In this document: in pieces, positions 62,905 through 64,000 of the stretch
Numbering within the stretch: position 1 is the stretch's first letter
Layout of the letters: every line of letters starts with the position of its first letter
Assembly: GCF_006345805.1 (NCBI RefSeq)
Contig: NC_043012.1
Span: forward strand, 56,854,001-56,918,000
Reading direction: 5' to 3'
Origin: Octopus sinensis
Lineage: Eukaryota
Length of the DNA: 64,000 nucleotides
Program-made: the position numbers and the translations under genes
The notes under the pieces: generated by a model
Seen by the model: only the letters and a program-made list of their open reading frames with translations
The model's database searches: none
Told to the model about the DNA's origin: nothing

Positions 62905-64000
62905 GTAAATATTGATCTCTTACATTAACACAATGCCATTCAGTGTAATTATTCTTACACATTTTTAAAACCAGATTCCACAGACATTTGAAAAAATTAT
63001 GTTTTTTACATTAATGGATTCATGTCATGCTTTCTACATCAAATAAATGAATATTCATTTTGTTGACTTCATAATGGTGCTTGGCCAGTTAGGACAGGTT
63101 TGATTTATATGTTGGTATAAAACATCTTCCTGAACTTGCTGGCAGCTCTCCATTTTTCCATTACTTGTGTATATATTTTTCGTCTTTCTGAAACCCTCAC
63201 CGTTGCAAAATTTTTGATTCATAATGGCTACAAAGTTAGGTTTAGACTAGGAAAAACTGCCGTGCATAAAGAGCTTTTGATTTAATAAACAGAGTTGAAG
63301 GGAACTAGTGGTGCCCCAACCATGATGTCTTGGCTTCAGTTTCCACAGCATGAAACCATGGGCAAATGTCTTCTATTATAACCCCGGGCTGACCAAATCC
63401 TTGTCAGTGGATCTGGTAGACAGAAACTGAAAGAAGCCTGTCATGTGTGTATGTATGTGCATGTGTAGCCTTGTCTAGACATTGTACTAGCAATGTTGTA
63501 TGTTACTAGTTTTCTGTGGGAAATATTACTTTGCTTGGAAAGAATTGAGGGTTGGCAACAGAAAAGACATCCAGCCACAGAAAATTGCCTCAACAAATTC
63601 GGCCTGAGCCCTGTAAGCATGGAGAAGTGGACATGAAATGATGATGATGTGTCTGAAGAGGGCCCTGCTTAGTATCTATGTTTTAACTCTTGTAGTCAAG
63701 CATTGAAATTTTAGCTTAATTAAATATTACCTGTATCACATAGTGTGTGTGTGTGTGTGTGTTAGTTAAAAGCTTGTAGCTGCAGTTTTTCATCTTATGG
63801 GAACCCTTTTAGAGATGTAAGAGATGTAGTATAATCGTGTGAAGGTTATCAGATGGGGTCACTTTTGTGTGTGACAGATGTGCAGGAACAGTAAGTACTA
63901 AGAGCACAAGAGACCTAAACTGTTTCAAATGTCCAGGCGGCTTACTTGAGGTAGTAAATAGTTTCTGCTATTCAGGTGACCAAATTAGTAATGGTGGTGG

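Overview
AT-rich, microsatellite- and SINE-dense animal genomic DNA. The repeat families resemble those I recall from Octopus, so the species call is inference. The window holds the 5' part of one + strand gene, an SFMBT1/2-like Polycomb MBT-repeat gene: join(55943..56717,58705..58802,62664..62904,...), continuing past the window end. A SINE-free, CpG-retaining promoter zone lies at about 0.6-6 kb, implying about 55 kb of leader introns. Introns are filled with tRNA-headed SINEs, RTE LINE 3' fragments, TTAA (piggyBac-type) and TA (pogo/Tigger-type) MITEs and one non-autonomous Helitron. The most striking unexplained structure is a set of short modules, mostly sitting in (TA)n tracts, from four sequence-unrelated families. 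They carry minimal type-I hammerhead-ribozyme (HHR) motifs of the kind known from Penelope-like elements and retrozymes: eight clear motifs plus one degenerate one. They include a 333-bp tandem duplication with four HHR motifs just before a coding exon's acceptor and a tRNA-headed SINE with an HHR in its body. There are also five 59-95 bp near-perfect fold-back hairpins. All long ORFs other than the SFMBT exons are microsatellite or repeat artefacts. No database searches were run; family names are from recall and all counts are manual.
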